Part shown: positions 45,040-61,747 of the stretch, piece by piece
Numbering within the stretch: the first letter of the stretch is position 1
How the letters are laid out: each line of letters opens with the position of its first letter
NCBI GenBank assembly: GCA_964016885.1
Contig: CAXHJY010000212.1
Span: 62,001-126,000, forward strand
DNA from: Eledone cirrhosa
Lineage: Eukaryota
Direction: 5' to 3'
DNA length: 64,000 bases
Program-made: the position numbers and the translations under genes
The notes under the pieces: generated by a model
What the model was told of the DNA's origin: nothing
The model's database searches: none
What the model saw: only the letters and a program-made list of their open reading frames with translations

Positions 45040-45495
45040 TGCATGCTACTGTACGTCTGTATACATATATGTATGTACGTATACATACATACTTACATTT
45101 AAGTAAGTGCCATACTAAGAGTGAGAAATGAAATTTCGTTTTCATTTTTTTCAATTTATCGTTTTCGGTATGCCTGACCGATTTAACTCACTCAATATGC
45201 AAATTAGGCTGCTCAGCCGTTAATTTTCATAAGGAAAGTATATACTTTCGAACGTTCAACTATCTGGCAGATGGGTAAACGGTGCTGATGATAGCTAACA
45301 AGCTTGAAACTAGTACATCGTTCCTGTGTCAGTGTTGAACAAAAAGGTGACGTGGTTGCCTTAACACCGTATGGCATAAATTCAGGCTGTTCGCTTTGTT
45401 GACAAACAAACGAACAAAGCGGCCGGCGTTATAATAAACGTCGGCTAAACTGATGCGTGCATATATGTATGTGTACCTGTATGCATATGTGTGTA

Positions 45496-45548
<53 letters not shown>

Positions 45549-46009
45549 GCATGCTACTGTACGTCTGTATACATATATGTATGTACGTATACATACATAC
45601 TTACATTTAAGTAAGTGCCATACTAAGAGTGAGAAATGAAATTTCGTTTTCATTTTTTTCAATTTATCGTTTTCGGTATGCCTGACCGATTTAACTCACT
45701 CAATATGCAAATTAGGCTGCTCAGCCGTTAATTTTCATAAGGAAAGTATATACTTTCGAACGTTCAACTATCTGGCAGATGGGTAAACGGTGCTGATGAT
45801 AGCTAACAAGCTTGAAACTAGTACATCGTTCCTGTGTCAGTGTTGAACAAAAAGGTGACGTGGTTGCCTTAACACCGTATGGCATAAATTCAGGCTGTTC
45901 GCTTTGTTGACAAACAAACGAACAAAGCGGCCGGCGTTATAATAAACGTCGGCTAAACTGATGCGTGCATATATGTATGTGTACCTGTATGCATATGTGT
46001 GTATATATG

Positions 46010-46046
<37 letters not shown>

Positions 46047-46501
46047 GCATGCTACTGTACGTCTGTATACATATATGTATGTACGTATACATACATACTT
46101 ACATTTAAGTAAGTGCCATACTAAGAGTGAGAAATGAAATTTCGTTTTCATTTTTTTCAATTTATCGTTTTCGGTATGCCTGACCGATTTAACTCACTCA
46201 ATATGCAAATTAGGCTGCTCAGCCGTTAATTTTCATAAGGAAAGTATATACTTTCGAACGTTCAACTATCTGGCAGATGGGTAAACGGTGCTGATGATAG
46301 CTAACAAGCTTGAAACTAGTACATCGTTCCTGTGTCAGTGTTGAACAAAAAGGTGACGTGGTTGCCTTAACACCGTATGGCATAAATTCAGGCTGTTCGC
46401 TTTGTTGACAAATAAACGAACAAAGCGGCCGGCGTTATAATAAACGTCGGCTAAACTGATGCGTGCATATATGTATGTGTACCTGTATGCATATGTGTGT
46501 A

Positions 46502-46556
<55 letters not shown>

Positions 46557-47025
46557 GCATGCTACTGTACGTCTGTATACATATATGTATGTACGTATAC
46601 ATACATACTTACATTTAAGTAAGTGCCATACTAAGAGTGAGAAATGAAATTTCGTTTTCATTTTTTTCAATTTATCGTTTTCGGTATGCCTGACCGATTT
46701 AACTCACTCAATATGCAAATTAGGCTGCTCAGCCGTTAATTTTCATAAGGAAAGTATATACTTTCGAACGTTCAACTATCTGGCAGATGGGTAAACGGTG
46801 CTGATGATAGCTAACAAGCTTGAAACTAGTACATCGTTCCTGTGTCAGTGTTGAACAAAAAGGTGACGTGGTTGCCTTAACACCGTATGGCATAAATTCA
46901 GGCTGTTCGCTTTGTTGACAAACAAACGAACAAAGCGGCCGGCGTTATAATAAACGTCGGCTAAACTGATGCGTGCATATATGTATGTGTACCTGTATGC
47001 ATATGTGTGTATATATGTATTTTTT

Positions 47026-47064
<39 letters not shown>

Positions 47065-47525
47065 GCATGCTACTGTACGTCTGTATACATATATGTATGT
47101 ACGTATACATACATACTTACATTTAAGTAAGTGCCATACTAAGAGTGAGAAATGAAATTTCGTTTTCATTTTTTTCAATTTATCGTTTTCGGTATGCCTG
47201 ACCGATTTAACTCACTCAATATGCAAATTAGGCTGCTCAGCCGTTAATTTTCATAAGGAAAGTATATACTTTCGAACGTTCAACTATCTGGCAGATGGGT
47301 AAACGGTGCTGATGATAGCTAACAAGCTTGAAACTAGTACATCGTTCCTGTGTCAGTGTTGAACAAAAAGGTGACGTGGTTGCCTTAACACCGTATGGCA
47401 TAAATTCAGGCTGTTCGCTTTGTTGACAAACAAACGAACAAAGCGGCCGGCGTTATAATAAACGTCGGCTAAACTGATGCGTGCATATATGTATGTGTAC
47501 CTGTATGCATATGTGTGTATATATG

Positions 47526-47562
<37 letters not shown>

Positions 47563-48017
47563 GCATGCTACTGTACGTCTGTATACATATATGTATGTAC
47601 GTATACATACATACTTACATTTAAGTAAGTGCCATACTAAGAGTGAGAAATGAAATTTCGTTTTCATTTTTTTCAATTTATCGTTTTCGGTATGCCTGAC
47701 CGATTTAACTCACTCAATATGCAAATTAGGCTGCTCAGCCGTTAATTTTCATAAGGAAAGTATATACTTTCGAACGTTCAACTATCTGGCAGATGGGTAA
47801 ACGGTGCTGATGATAGCTAACAAGCTTGAAACTAGTACATCGTTCCTGTGTCAGTGTTGAACAAAAAGGTGACGTGGTTGCCTTAACACCGTATGGCATA
47901 AATTCAGGCTGTTCGCTTTGTTGACAAACAAACGAACAAAGCGGCCGGCGTTATAATAAACGTCGGCTAAACTGATGCGTGCATATATGTATGTGTACCT
48001 GTATGCATATGTGTGTA

Positions 48018-48068
<51 letters not shown>

Positions 48069-48523
48069 GCATGCTACTGTACGTCTGTATACATATATGT
48101 ATGTACGTATACATACATACTTACATTTAAGTAAGTGCCATACTAAGAGTGAGAAATGAAATTTCGTTTTCATTTTTTTCAATTTATCGTTTTCGGTATG
48201 CCTGACCGATTTAACTCACTCAATATGCAAATTAGGCTGCTCAGCCGTTAATTTTCATAAGGAAAGTATATACTTTCGAACGTTCAACTATCTGGCAGAT
48301 GGGTAAACGGTGCTGGTGATAGCTAACAAGCTTGAAACTAGTACATCGTTCCTGTGTCAGTGTTGAACAAAAAGGTGACGTGGTTGCCTTAACACCGTAT
48401 GGCATAAATTCAGGCTGTTCGCTTTGTTGACAAACAAACGAACAAAGCGGCCGGCGTTATAATAAACGTCGGCTAAACTGATGCGTGCATATATGTATGT
48501 GTACCTGTATGCATATGTGTGTA

Positions 48524-48576
<53 letters not shown>

Positions 48577-49031
48577 GCATGCTACTGTACGTCTGTATAC
48601 ATATATGTATGTACGTATACATACATACTTACATTTAAGTAAGTGCCATACTAAGAGTGAGAAATGAAATTTCGTTTTCATTTTTTTCAATTTATCGTTT
48701 TCGGTATGCCTGACCGATTTAACTCACTCAATATGCAAATTAGGCTGCTCAGCCGTTAATTTTCATAAGGAAAGTATATACTTTCGAACGTTCAACTATC
48801 TGGCAGATGGGTAAACGGTGCTGATGATAGCTAACAAGCTTGAAACTAGTACATCGTTCCTGTGTCAGTGTTGAACAAAAAGGTGACGTGGTTGCCTTAA
48901 CACCGTATGGCATAAATTCAGGCTGTTCGCTTTGTTGACAAACAAACGAACAAAGCGGCCGGCGTTATAATAAACGTCGGCTAAACTGATGCGTGCATAT
49001 ATGTATGTGTACCTGTATGCATATGTGTGTA

Positions 49032-49082
<51 letters not shown>

Positions 49083-49537
49083 GCATGCTACTGTACGTCT
49101 GTATACATATATGTATGTACGTATACATACATACTTACATTTAAGTAAGTGCCATACTAAGAGTGAGAAATGAAATTTCGTTTTCATTTTTTTCAATTTA
49201 TCGTTTTCGGTATGCCTGACCGATTTAACTCACTCAATATGCAAATTAGGCTGCTCAGCCGTTAATTTTCATAAGGAAAGTATATACTTTCGAACGTTCA
49301 ACTATCTGGCAGATGGGTAAACGGTGCTGATGATAGCTAACAAGCTTGAAACTAGTACATCGTTCCTGTGTCAGTGTTGAACAAAAAGGTGACGTGGTTG
49401 CCTTAACACCGTATGGCATAAATTCAGGCTGTTCGCTTTGTTGACAAACAAACGAACAAAGCGGCCGGCGTTATAATAAACGTCGGCTAAACTGATGCGT
49501 GCATATATGTATGTGTACCTGTATGCATATGTGTGTA

Positions 49538-49592
<55 letters not shown>

Positions 49593-50047
49593 GCATGCTA
49601 CTGTACGTCTGTATACATATATGTATGTACGTATATATACATACTTACATTTAAGTAAGTGCCATACTAAGAGTGAGAAATGAAATTTCGTTTTCATTTT
49701 TTTCAATTTATCGTTTTCGGTATGCCTGACCGATTTAACTCACTCAATATGCAAATTAGGCTGCTCAGCCGTTAATTTTCATAAGGAAAGTATATACTTT
49801 CGAACGTTCAACTATCTGGCAGATGGGTAAACGGTGCTGATGATAGCTAACAAGCTTGAAACTAGTACATCGTTCCTGTGTCAGTGTTGAACAAAAAGGT
49901 GACGTGGTTGCCTTAACACCGTATGGCATAAATTCAGGCTGTTCGGTTTGTTGACAAACAAACGAACAAAGCGGCCGGCGTTATAATAAACGTCGGCTAA
50001 ACTGATGCGTGCATATATGTATGTGTACCTGTATGCATATGTGTGTA

Positions 50048-50096
<49 letters not shown>

Positions 50097-50557
50097 GCAT
50101 GCTACTGTACGTCTGTATACATATATGTATGTACGTATACATACATACTTACATTTAAGTAAGTGCCATAATAAGAGTGAGAAATGAAATTTCGTTTTCA
50201 TTTTTTTCAATTTATCGTTTTCGGTATGCCTGACCGATTTAACTCACTCAATATGCAAATTAGGCTGCTCAGCCGTTAATTTTCATAAGGAAAGTATATA
50301 CTTTCGAACGTTCAACTATCTGGCAGATGGGTAAACGGTGCTGATGATAGCTAACAAGCTTGAAACTAGTACATCGTTCCTGTGTCAGTGTTGAACAAAA
50401 AGGTGACGTGGTTGCCTTAACACCGTATGGCATAAATTCAGGCTGTTCGCTTTGTTGACAAACAAACGAACAAAGCGGCCGGCGTTATAATAAACGTCGG
50501 CTAAACTGATGCGTGCATATATGTATGTGTACCTGTATGCATATGTGTGTATATATG

Positions 50558-50598
<41 letters not shown>

Positions 50599-51059
50599 GC
50601 ATGCTACTGTACGTCTGTATACATATATGTATGTACGTATACATACATACTTACATTTAAGTAAGTGCCATACTAAGAGTGAGAAATGAAATTTCGTTTT
50701 CATTTTTTTCAATTTATCGTTTTCGGTATGCCTGACCGATTTAACTCACTCAATATGCAAATTAGGCTGCTCAGCCGTTAATTTTCATAAGGAAAGTATA
50801 TACTTTCGAACGTTCAACTATCTGGCAGATGGGTAAACGGTGCTGATGATAGCTAACAAGCTTGAAACTAGTACATCGTTCCTGTGTCAGTGTTGAACAA
50901 AAAGGTGACGTGGTTGCCTTAACACCGTATGGCATGAATTCAGGCTGTTCGCTTTGTTGACAAACAAACGAACAAAGCGGCCGGCGTTATAATAAACGTC
51001 GGCTAAACTGATGCGTGCATATATGTATGTGTACCTGTATGCATATGTGTGTATATATG

Positions 51060-51100
<41 letters not shown>

Positions 51101-51561
51101 GCATGCTACTGTACGTCTGTATACATATATGTATGTACGTATACATACATACTTACATTTAAGTAAGTGCCATACTAAGAGTGAGAAATGAAATTTCGTT
51201 TTCATTTCTTTCAATTTATCGTTTTCGGTATGCCTGACCGATTTAACTCACTCAATATGCAAATTAGGCTGCTCAGCCGTTAATTTTCATAAGGAAAGTA
51301 TATACTTTCGAACGTTCAACTATCTGGCAGATGGGTAAACGGTGCTGATGATAGCTAACAAGCTTGAAACTAGTACATCGTTCCTGTGTCAGTGTTGAAC
51401 AAAAAGGTGACGTGGTTGCCTTAACACCGTATGGCATAAATTCAGGCTGTTCGCTTTGTTGACAAACAAACGAACAAAGCGGCCGGCGTTATAATAAACG
51501 TCGGCTAAACTGATGCGTGCATATATGTATGTGTACCTGTATGCATATGTGTGTATATATG

Positions 51562-51600
<39 letters not shown>

Positions 51601-52061
51601 GCATGCTACTGTACGTCTGTATACATATATGTATGTACGTATACATACATACTTACATTTAAGTAAGTGCCATACTAAGAGTGAGAAATGAAATTTCGTT
51701 TTCATTTTTTTCAATTTATCGTTTTCGGTATGCCTGACCGATTTAACTCACTCAATATGCAAATTAGGCTGCTCAGCCGTTAATTTTCATAAGGAAAGTA
51801 TATACTTTCGAACGTTCAACTATCTGGCAGATGGGTAAACGGTGCTGATGATAGCTAACAAGCTTGAAACTAGTACATCGTTCCTGTGTCAGTGTTGAAC
51901 AAAAAGGTGACGTGGTTGCCTTAACACCGTATGGCATAAATTCAGGCTGTTCGCGTTGTTGACAAACAAACGAACAAAGCGGCCGGCGTTATAATAAACG
52001 TCGGCTAAACTGATGCGTGCATATATGTATGTGTACCTGTATGCATATGTGTGTATATATG

Positions 52062-52122
<61 letters not shown>

Positions 52123-52577
52123 GCATGCTACTATACGTCTGTATACATATATGTATGTACGTATACATACATACTTACATTTAAGTAAGTGCCATACTAA
52201 GAGTGAGAAATGAAATTTCGTTTTCATTTTTTTCAATTTTTCGTTTTCGGTATGCCTGACCGATTTAACTCACTCAATATGCAAATTAGGCTGCTCAGCC
52301 GTTAATTTTCATAAGGAAAGTATATACTTTCGAACGTTCAACTATCTGGCAGATGGGTAAACGGTGCTGATGATAGCTAACAAGCTTGAAACTAGTACAT
52401 CGTTCCTGTGTCAGTGTTGAACAAAAAGGTGACGTGGTTGCCTTAACACCGTATGGCATAAATTCAGGCTGTTCGCTTTGTTGACAAACAAACGAACAAA
52501 GCGGCCGGCGTTATAATAAACGTCGGCTAAACTGATGCGTGCATATATGTATGTGTACCTGTATGCATATGTGTGTA

Positions 52578-52626
<49 letters not shown>

Positions 52627-53081
52627 GCATGCTACTGTACGTCTGTATACATATATGTATGTACGTATACATACATACTTACATTTAAGTAAGTGCCATA
52701 CTAAGAGTGAGAAATGAAATTTCGTTTTCATTTTTTTCAATTTATCGTTTTCGGTATGGCTGACCGATTTAACTCACTCAATATGCAAATTAGGCTGCTC
52801 AGCCGTTAATTTTCATAAGGAAAGTATATACTTTCGAACGTTCAACTATCTGGCAGATGGGTAAACGGTGCTGATGATAGCTAACAAGCTTGAAACTAGT
52901 ACATCGTTCCTGTGTCAGTGTTGAACAAAAAGGTGACGTGGTTGCCTTAACACCGTATGGCATAAATTCAGGCTGTTCGCTTTGTTGACAAACAAACGAA
53001 CAAAGCGGTCGGCGTTATAATAAACGTCGGCTAAACTGATGCGTGCATATATGTATGTGTACCTGTATGCATATGTGTGTA

Positions 53082-53136
<55 letters not shown>

Positions 53137-53591
53137 GCATGCTACTGTACGTCTGTATACATATATGTATGTACGTATATATACATACTTACATTTAAGT
53201 AAGTGCCATACTAAGAGTGAGAAATGAAATTTCGTTTTCATTTTTTTCAATTTATCGTTTTCGGTATGCCTGACCGATTTAACTCACTCAATATGCAAAT
53301 TAGGCTGCTCAGCCGTTAATTTTCATAAGGAAAGTATATACTTTCTAACGTTCAACTATCTGGCAGATGGGTAAACGGTGCTGATGATAGCTAACAAGCT
53401 TGAAACTAGTACATCGTTCCTGTGTCAGTGTTGAACAAAAAGGTGACGTGGTTGCCTTAACACCGTATGGCATAAATTCAGGCTGTTCGCTTTGTTGACA
53501 AACAAACGAACAAAGCGGCCGGCGTTATAATAAACGTCGGCTAAACTGATGCGTGCATATATGTATGTGTACCTGTATGCATATGTGTGTA

Positions 53592-53673
<82 letters not shown>

Positions 53674-54129
53674 TGCATGCTACTGTACGTCTGTATACAT
53701 ATATGTATGTACGTATACATACATACTTACATTTAAGTAAGTGCCATACTAAGAGTGAGAAATGAAATTTCGTTTTCATTTTTTTCAATTTATCGTTTTC
53801 GGTATGCCTGACCGATTTAACTCACTCAATATGCAAATTAGGCTGCTCAGCCGTTAATTTTCATAAGGAAAGTATATACTTTCGAACGTTCAACTATCTG
53901 GCAGATGGGTAAACGGTGCTGATGATAGCTAACAAGCTTGAAACTAGTACATCGTTCCTGTGTCAGTGTTGAACAAAAAGGTGACGTGGTTGCCTTAACA
54001 CCGTATGGCATAAATTCAGGCTGTTCGCTTTGTTGACAAACAAACGAACAAAGCGGCCGGCGTTATAATAAACGTCGGCTAAACTGATGCGTGCATATAT
54101 GTATGTGTACCTGTATGCATATGTGTGTA

Positions 54130-54176
<47 letters not shown>

Positions 54177-54637
54177 GCATGCTACTGTACGTCTGTATAC
54201 ATATATGTATGTACGTATACATACATACTTACATTTAAGTAAGTGCCATACTAAGAGTGAGAAATGAAATTTCGTTTTCATTTTTTTCAATTTATCGTTT
54301 TCGGTATGCCTGACCGATTTAACTCACTCAATATGCAAATTAGGCTGCTCAGCCGTTAATTTTCATAAGGAAAGTATATACTTTCGAACGTTCAACTATC
54401 TGGCAGATGGGTAAACGGTGCTGATGATAGCTAACAAGCTTGAAACTAGTACATCGTTCCTGTGTCAGTGTTGAACAAAAAGGTGACGTGGTTGCCTTAA
54501 CACCGTATGGCATAAATTCAGGCTGTTCGCTTTGTTGACAAACAAACGAACAAAGCGGCCGGCGTTATAATAAACGTCGGCTAAACTGATGCGTGCATAT
54601 ATCTATGTGTACCTGTATGCATATGTGTGTATATATG

Positions 54638-54679
<42 letters not shown>

Positions 54680-55145
54680 TATATGCATGCTACTGTACGT
54701 CTGTATACATATATGTATGTACGTATACATACATACTTACATTTAAGTAAGTGCCATACTAAGAGTGAGAAATGAAATTTCGTTTTCATTTTTTTCAATT
54801 TATCGTTTTCGGTATGCCTGACCGATTTAACTCACTCAATATGCAAATTAGGCTGCTCAGCCGTTAATTTTCATAAGGAAAGTATATACTTTCGAACGTT
54901 CAACTATCTGGCAGATGGGTAAACGGTGCTGATGATAGCTAACAAGCTTGAAACTAGTACATCGTTCCTGTGTCAGTGTTGAACAAAAAGGTGACGTGGT
55001 TGCCTTAACACCGTATGGCATAAATTCAGGCTGTTCGCTTTGTTGACAAACAAACGAACAAAGCGGCCGGCGTTATAATAAACGTCGGCTAAACTGATGC
55101 GTGCATATATGTATGTGTACCTGTATGCATATGTGTGTATATATG

Positions 55146-55203
<58 letters not shown>

Positions 55204-55665
55204 TGCATGCTACTGTACGTCTGTATACATATATGTATGTACGTATACATACATACTTACATTTAAGTAAGTGCCATACTAAGAGTGAGAAATGAAATTT
55301 CGTTTTCATTTTTTTCAATTTATCGTTTTCGGTATGCCTGACCGATTTAACTCACTCAATATGCAAATTAGGCTGCTCAGCCGTTAATTTTCATAAGGAA
55401 AGTATATACTTTCGAACGTTCAACTATCTGGCAGATGGGTAAACGGTGCTGATGATAGCTAACAAGCTTGAAACTAGTACATCGTTCCTGTGTCAGTGTT
55501 GAACAAAAAGGTGACGTGGTTGCCTTAACACCGTATGGCATAAATTCAGGCTGTTCGCTTTGTTGACAAACAAACGAACAAAGCGGCCGGCGTTATAATA
55601 AACGTCGGCTAAACTGATGCGTGCATATATGTATGTGTACCTGTATGCATATGTGTGTATATATG

Positions 55666-55702
<37 letters not shown>

Positions 55703-56157
55703 GCATGCTACTGTACGTCTGTATACATATATGTATGTACGTATATATACATACTTACATTTAAGTAAGTGCCATACTAAGAGTGAGAAATGAAATTTCG
55801 TTTTCATTTTTTTCAATTTATCGTTTTCGGTATGCCTGACCGATTTAACTCACTCAATATGCAAATTAGGCTGCTCAGCCGTTAATTTTCATAAGGAAAG
55901 TATATACTTTCGAACGTTCAACTATCTGGCAGATGGGTAAACGGTGCTGATGATAGCTAACAAGCTTGAAACTAGTACATCGTTCCTGTGTCAGTGTTGA
56001 ACAAAAAGGTGACGTGGTTGCCTTAACACCGTATGGCATAAATTCAGGCTGTTCGCTTTGTTGACAAACAAACGAACAAAGCGGCCGGCGTTATAATAAA
56101 CGTCGGCTAAACTGATGCGTGCATATATGTATGTGTACCTGTATGCATATGTGTGTA

Positions 56158-56208
<51 letters not shown>

Positions 56209-56669
56209 GCATGCTACTGTACGTCTGTATACATATATGTATGTACGTATACATACATACTTACATTTAAGTAAGTGCCATACTAAGAGTGAGAAATGAA
56301 ATTTCGTTTTCATTTTTTTCAATTTATCGTTTTCGGTATGCCTGACCGATTTAACTCACTCAATATGCAAATTAGGCTGCTCAGCCGTTAATTTTCATAA
56401 GGAAAGTATATACTTTCGAACGTTCAACTATCTGGCAGATGGGTAAACGGTGCTGATGATAGCTAACAAGCTTGAAACTAGTACATCGTTCCTGTGTCAG
56501 TGTTGAACAAAAAGGTGACGTGGTTGCCTTAACACCGTATGGCATAAATTCAGGCTGTTCGCTTTGTTGACAAACAAACGAACAAAGCGGCCGGCGTTAT
56601 AATAAACGTCGGCTAAACTGATGCGTGCATATATGTATGTGTACCTGTATGCATATGTGTGTATATATG

Positions 56670-56710
<41 letters not shown>

Positions 56711-57171
56711 GCATGCTACTGTACGTCTGTATACATATATGTATGTACGTATACATACATACTTACATTTAAGTAAGTGCCATACTAAGAGTGAGAAATG
56801 AAATTTCGTTTTCATTTTTTTCAATTTATCGTTTTCGGTATGCCTGACCGATTTAACTCACTCAATATGCAAATTAGGCTGCTCAGCCGTTAATTTTCAT
56901 AAGGAAAGTATATACTTTCGAACGTTCAACTATCTGGCAGATGGGTAAACGGTGCTGATGATAGCTAACAAGCTTGAAACTAGTACATCGTTCCTGTGTC
57001 AGTGTTGAACAAAAAGGTGACGTGGTTGCCTTAACACCGTATGGCATAAATTCAGGCTGTTCGCTTTGTTGACAAACAAACGAACAAAGCGGCCGGCGTT
57101 ATAATAAACGTCGGCTAAACTGATGCGTGCATATATGTATGTGTACCTGTATGCATATGTGTGTATATATG

Positions 57172-57211
<40 letters not shown>

Positions 57212-57667
57212 TGCATGCTACTGTACGTCTGTATACATATATGTATGTACGTATACATACATACTTACATTTAAGTAAGTGCCATACTAAGAGTGAGAAA
57301 TGAAATTTCGTTTTCATTTTTTTCAATTTATCGTTTTCGGTATGCCTGACCGATTTAACTCACTCAATATGCAAATTAGGCTGCTCAGCCGTTAATTTTC
57401 ATAAGGAAAGTATATACTTTCGAACGTTCAACTATCTGGCAGATGGGTAAACGGTGCTGATGATAGCTAACAAGCTTGAAACTAGTACATCGTTCCTGTG
57501 TCAGTGTTGAACAAAAAGGTGACGTGGTTGCCTTAACACCGTATGGCATAAATTCAGGCTGTTCGCTTTGTTGACAAACAAACGAACAAAGCGGCCGGCG
57601 TTATAATAAACGTCGGCTAAACTGATGCGTGCATATATGTATGTGTACCTGTATGCATATGTGTGTA

Positions 57668-57718
<51 letters not shown>

Positions 57719-58173
57719 GCATGCTACTGTACGTCTGTATACATATATGTATGTACGTATACATACATACTTACATTTAAGTAAGTGCCATACTAAGAGT
57801 GAGAAATGAAATTTCGTTTTCATTTTTTTCAATTTATCGTTTTCGGTATGCCTGACCGATTTAACTCACTCAATATGCAAATTAGGCTGCTCAGCCGTTA
57901 ATTTTCATAAGGAAAGTATATACTTTCGAACGTTCAACTATCTGGCAGATGGGTAAACGGTGCTGATGATAGCTAACAAGCTTGAAACTAGTACATCGTT
58001 CCTGTGTCAGTGTTGAACAAAAAGGTGACGTGGTTGCCTTAACACCGTATGGCATAAATTCAGGCTGTTCGCTTTGTTGACAAACAAACGAACAAAGCGG
58101 CCGGCGTTATAATAAACGTCGGCTAAACTGATGCGTGCATATATGTATGTGTACCTGTATGCATATGTGTGTA

Positions 58174-58226
<53 letters not shown>

Positions 58227-58687
58227 GCATGCTACTGTACGTCTGTATACATATATGTATGTACGTATACATACATACTTACATTTAAGTAAGTGCCATA
58301 CTAAGAGTGAGAAATGAAATTTCGTTTTCATTTTTTTCAATTTATCGTTTTCGGTATGCCTGACAGATTTAACTCACTCAATATGCAAATTAGGCTGCTC
58401 AGCCGTTAATTTTCATAAGGAAAGTATATACTTTCGAACGTTCAACTATCTGGCAGATGGGTAAACGGTGCTGATGATAGCTAACAAGCTTGAAACTAGT
58501 ACATCGTTCCTGTGTCAGTGTTGAATAAAAAGGTGACGTGGTTGCCTTAACACCGTATGGCATAAATTCAGGCTGTTCGCTTTGTTGACAAACAAACGAA
58601 CAAAGCGGCCGGCGTTATAATAAACGTCGGCTAAACTGATGCGTGCATATATGTATGTGTACCTGTATGCATATGTGTGTATATATG

Positions 58688-58724
<37 letters not shown>

Positions 58725-59185
58725 GCATGCTACTGTACGTCTGTATACATATATGTATGTACGTATACATACATACTTACATTTAAGTAAGTGCCATACT
58801 AAGAGTGAGAAATGAAATTTCGTTTTCATTTTTTTCAATTTATCGTTTTCGGTATGCCTGACCGATTTAACTCACTCAATATGCAAATTAGGCTGCTCAG
58901 CCGTTAATTTTCATAAGGAAAGTATATACTTTCGAACGTTCAACTATCTGGCAGATGGGTAAACGGTGCTGATGATAGCTAACAAGCTTGAAACTAGTAC
59001 ATCGTTCCTGTGTCAGTGTTGAACAAAAAGGTGACGTGGTTGCCTTAACACCGTATGGCATAAATTCAGGCTGTTCGCTTTGTTGACAAACAAACGAACA
59101 AAGCGGCCGGCGTTATAATAAACGTCGGCTAAACTGATGCGTGCATATATGTATGTGTACCTGTATGCATATGTGTGTATATATG

Positions 59186-59222
<37 letters not shown>

Positions 59223-59677
59223 GCATGCTACTGTACGTCTGTATACATATATGTATGTACGTATACATACATACTTACATTTAAGTAAGTGCCATACTAA
59301 GAGTGAGAAATGAAATTTCGTTTTCATTTTTTTCAATTTATCGTTTTCGGTATGCCTGACCGATTTAACTCACTCAATATGCAAATTAGGCTGCTCAGCT
59401 GTTAATTTTCATAAGGAAAGTATATACTTTCGAACGTTCAACTATCTGGCAGATGGGTAAACGGTGCTGATGATAGCTAACAAGCTTGAAACTAGTACAT
59501 CGTTCCTGTGTCAGTGTTGAACAAAAAGGTGACGTGGTTGCCTTAACACCGTATGGCATAAATTCAGGCTGTTCGCTTTGTTGACAAACAAACGAACAAA
59601 GCGGCCGGCGTTATAATAAACGTCGGCTAAACTGATGCGTGCATATATGTATGTGTACCTGTATGCATATGTGTGTA

Positions 59678-59728
<51 letters not shown>

Positions 59729-60189
59729 GCATGCTACTGTACGTCTGTATACATATATGTATGTACGTATACATACATACTTACATTTAAGTAAGTGCCA
59801 TACTAAGAGTGAGAAATGAAATTTCGTTTTCATTTTTTTCAATTTATCGTTTTCGGTATGCCTGACCGATTTAACTCACTCAATATGCAAATTAGGCTGC
59901 TCAGCCGTTAATTTTCATAAGGAAAGTATATACTTTCGAACGTTCAACTATCTGGCAGATGGGTAAACGGTGCTGATGATAGCTAACAAGCTTGAAACTA
60001 GTACATCGTTCCTGTGTCAGTGTTGAACAAAAAGGTGACGTGGTTGCCTTAACACCGTATGGCATAAATTCAGGCTGTTCGCTTTGTTGACAAACAAACG
60101 AACAAAGCGGCCGGCGTTATAATAAACGTCGGCTAAACTGATGCGTGCATATATGTATGTGTACCTGTATGCATATGTGTGTATATATG

Positions 60190-60226
<37 letters not shown>

Positions 60227-60681
60227 GCATGCTACTGTACGTCTGTATACATATATGTATGTACGTATACATACATACTTACATTTAAGTAAGTGCCATA
60301 CTAAGAGTGAGAAATGAAATTTCGTTTTCATTTTTTTCAATTTATCGTTTTCGGTATGCCTGACCGATTTAACTCACTCAATATGCAAATTAGGCTGCTC
60401 AGCCGTTAATTTTCATAAGGAAAGTATATACTTTCGAACGTTCAACTATCTGGCAGATGGGTAAACGGTGCTGATGATAGCTAACAAGCTTGAAACTAGT
60501 ACATCGTTCCTGTGTCAGTGTTGAACAAAAAGGTGACGTGGTTGCCTTAACACCGTATGGCATAAATTCAGGCTGTTCGCTTTGTTGACAAACAAACGAA
60601 CAAAGCGGCCGGCGTTATAATAAACGTCGGCTAAACTGATGCGTGCATATATGTATGTGTACCTGTATGCATATGTGTGTA

Positions 60682-60734
<53 letters not shown>

Positions 60735-61189
60735 GCATGCTACTGTACGTCTGTATACATATATGTATGTACGTATACATACATACTTACATTTAAGTAA
60801 GTGCCATACTAAGAGTGAGAAATGAAATTTCGTTTTCATTTTTTTCAATTTATCGTTTTCGGTATGCCTGACCGATTTAACTCACTCAATATGCAAATTA
60901 GGCTGCTCAGCCGTTAATTTTCATAAGGAAAGTATATACTTTCGAACGTTCAACTATCTGGCAGTTGGGTAAACGGTGCTGATGATAGCTAACAAGCTTG
61001 AAACTAGTACATCGTTCCTGTGTCAGTGTTGAACAAAAAGGTGACGTGGTTGCCTTAACACCGTATGGCATAAATTCAGGCTGTTCGCTTTGTTGACAAA
61101 TAAACGAACAAAGCGGCCGGCGTTATAATAAACGTCGGCTAAACTGATGCGTGCATATATGTATGTGTACCTGTATGCATATGTGTGTA

Positions 61190-61244
<55 letters not shown>

Positions 61245-61705
61245 GCATGCTACTGTACGTCTGTATACATATATGTATGTACGTATACATACATACTTAC
61301 ATTTAAGTAAGTGCCATACTAAGAGTGAGAAATGAAATTTCGTTTTCATTTTTTTCAATTTATCGTTTTCGGTATGCCTGACCGATTTAACTCACTCAAT
61401 ATGCAAATTAGGCTGCTCAGCCGTTAATTTTCATAAGGAAAGTATATACTTTCGAACGTTCAACTATCTGGCAGATGGGTAAACGGTGCTGATGATAGCT
61501 AACAAGCTTGAAACTAGTACATCGTTCCTGTGTCAGTGTTGAACAAAAAGGTGACGTGGTTGCCTTAACACCGTATGGCATAAATTCAGGCTGTTCGCTT
61601 TGTTGACAAACAAACGAACAAAGCGGCCGGCGTTATAATAAACGTCGGCTAAACTGATGCGTGCATATATGTATGTGTACCTGTATGCATATGTGTGTAT
61701 ATATG

Positions 61706-61747
<42 letters not shown>

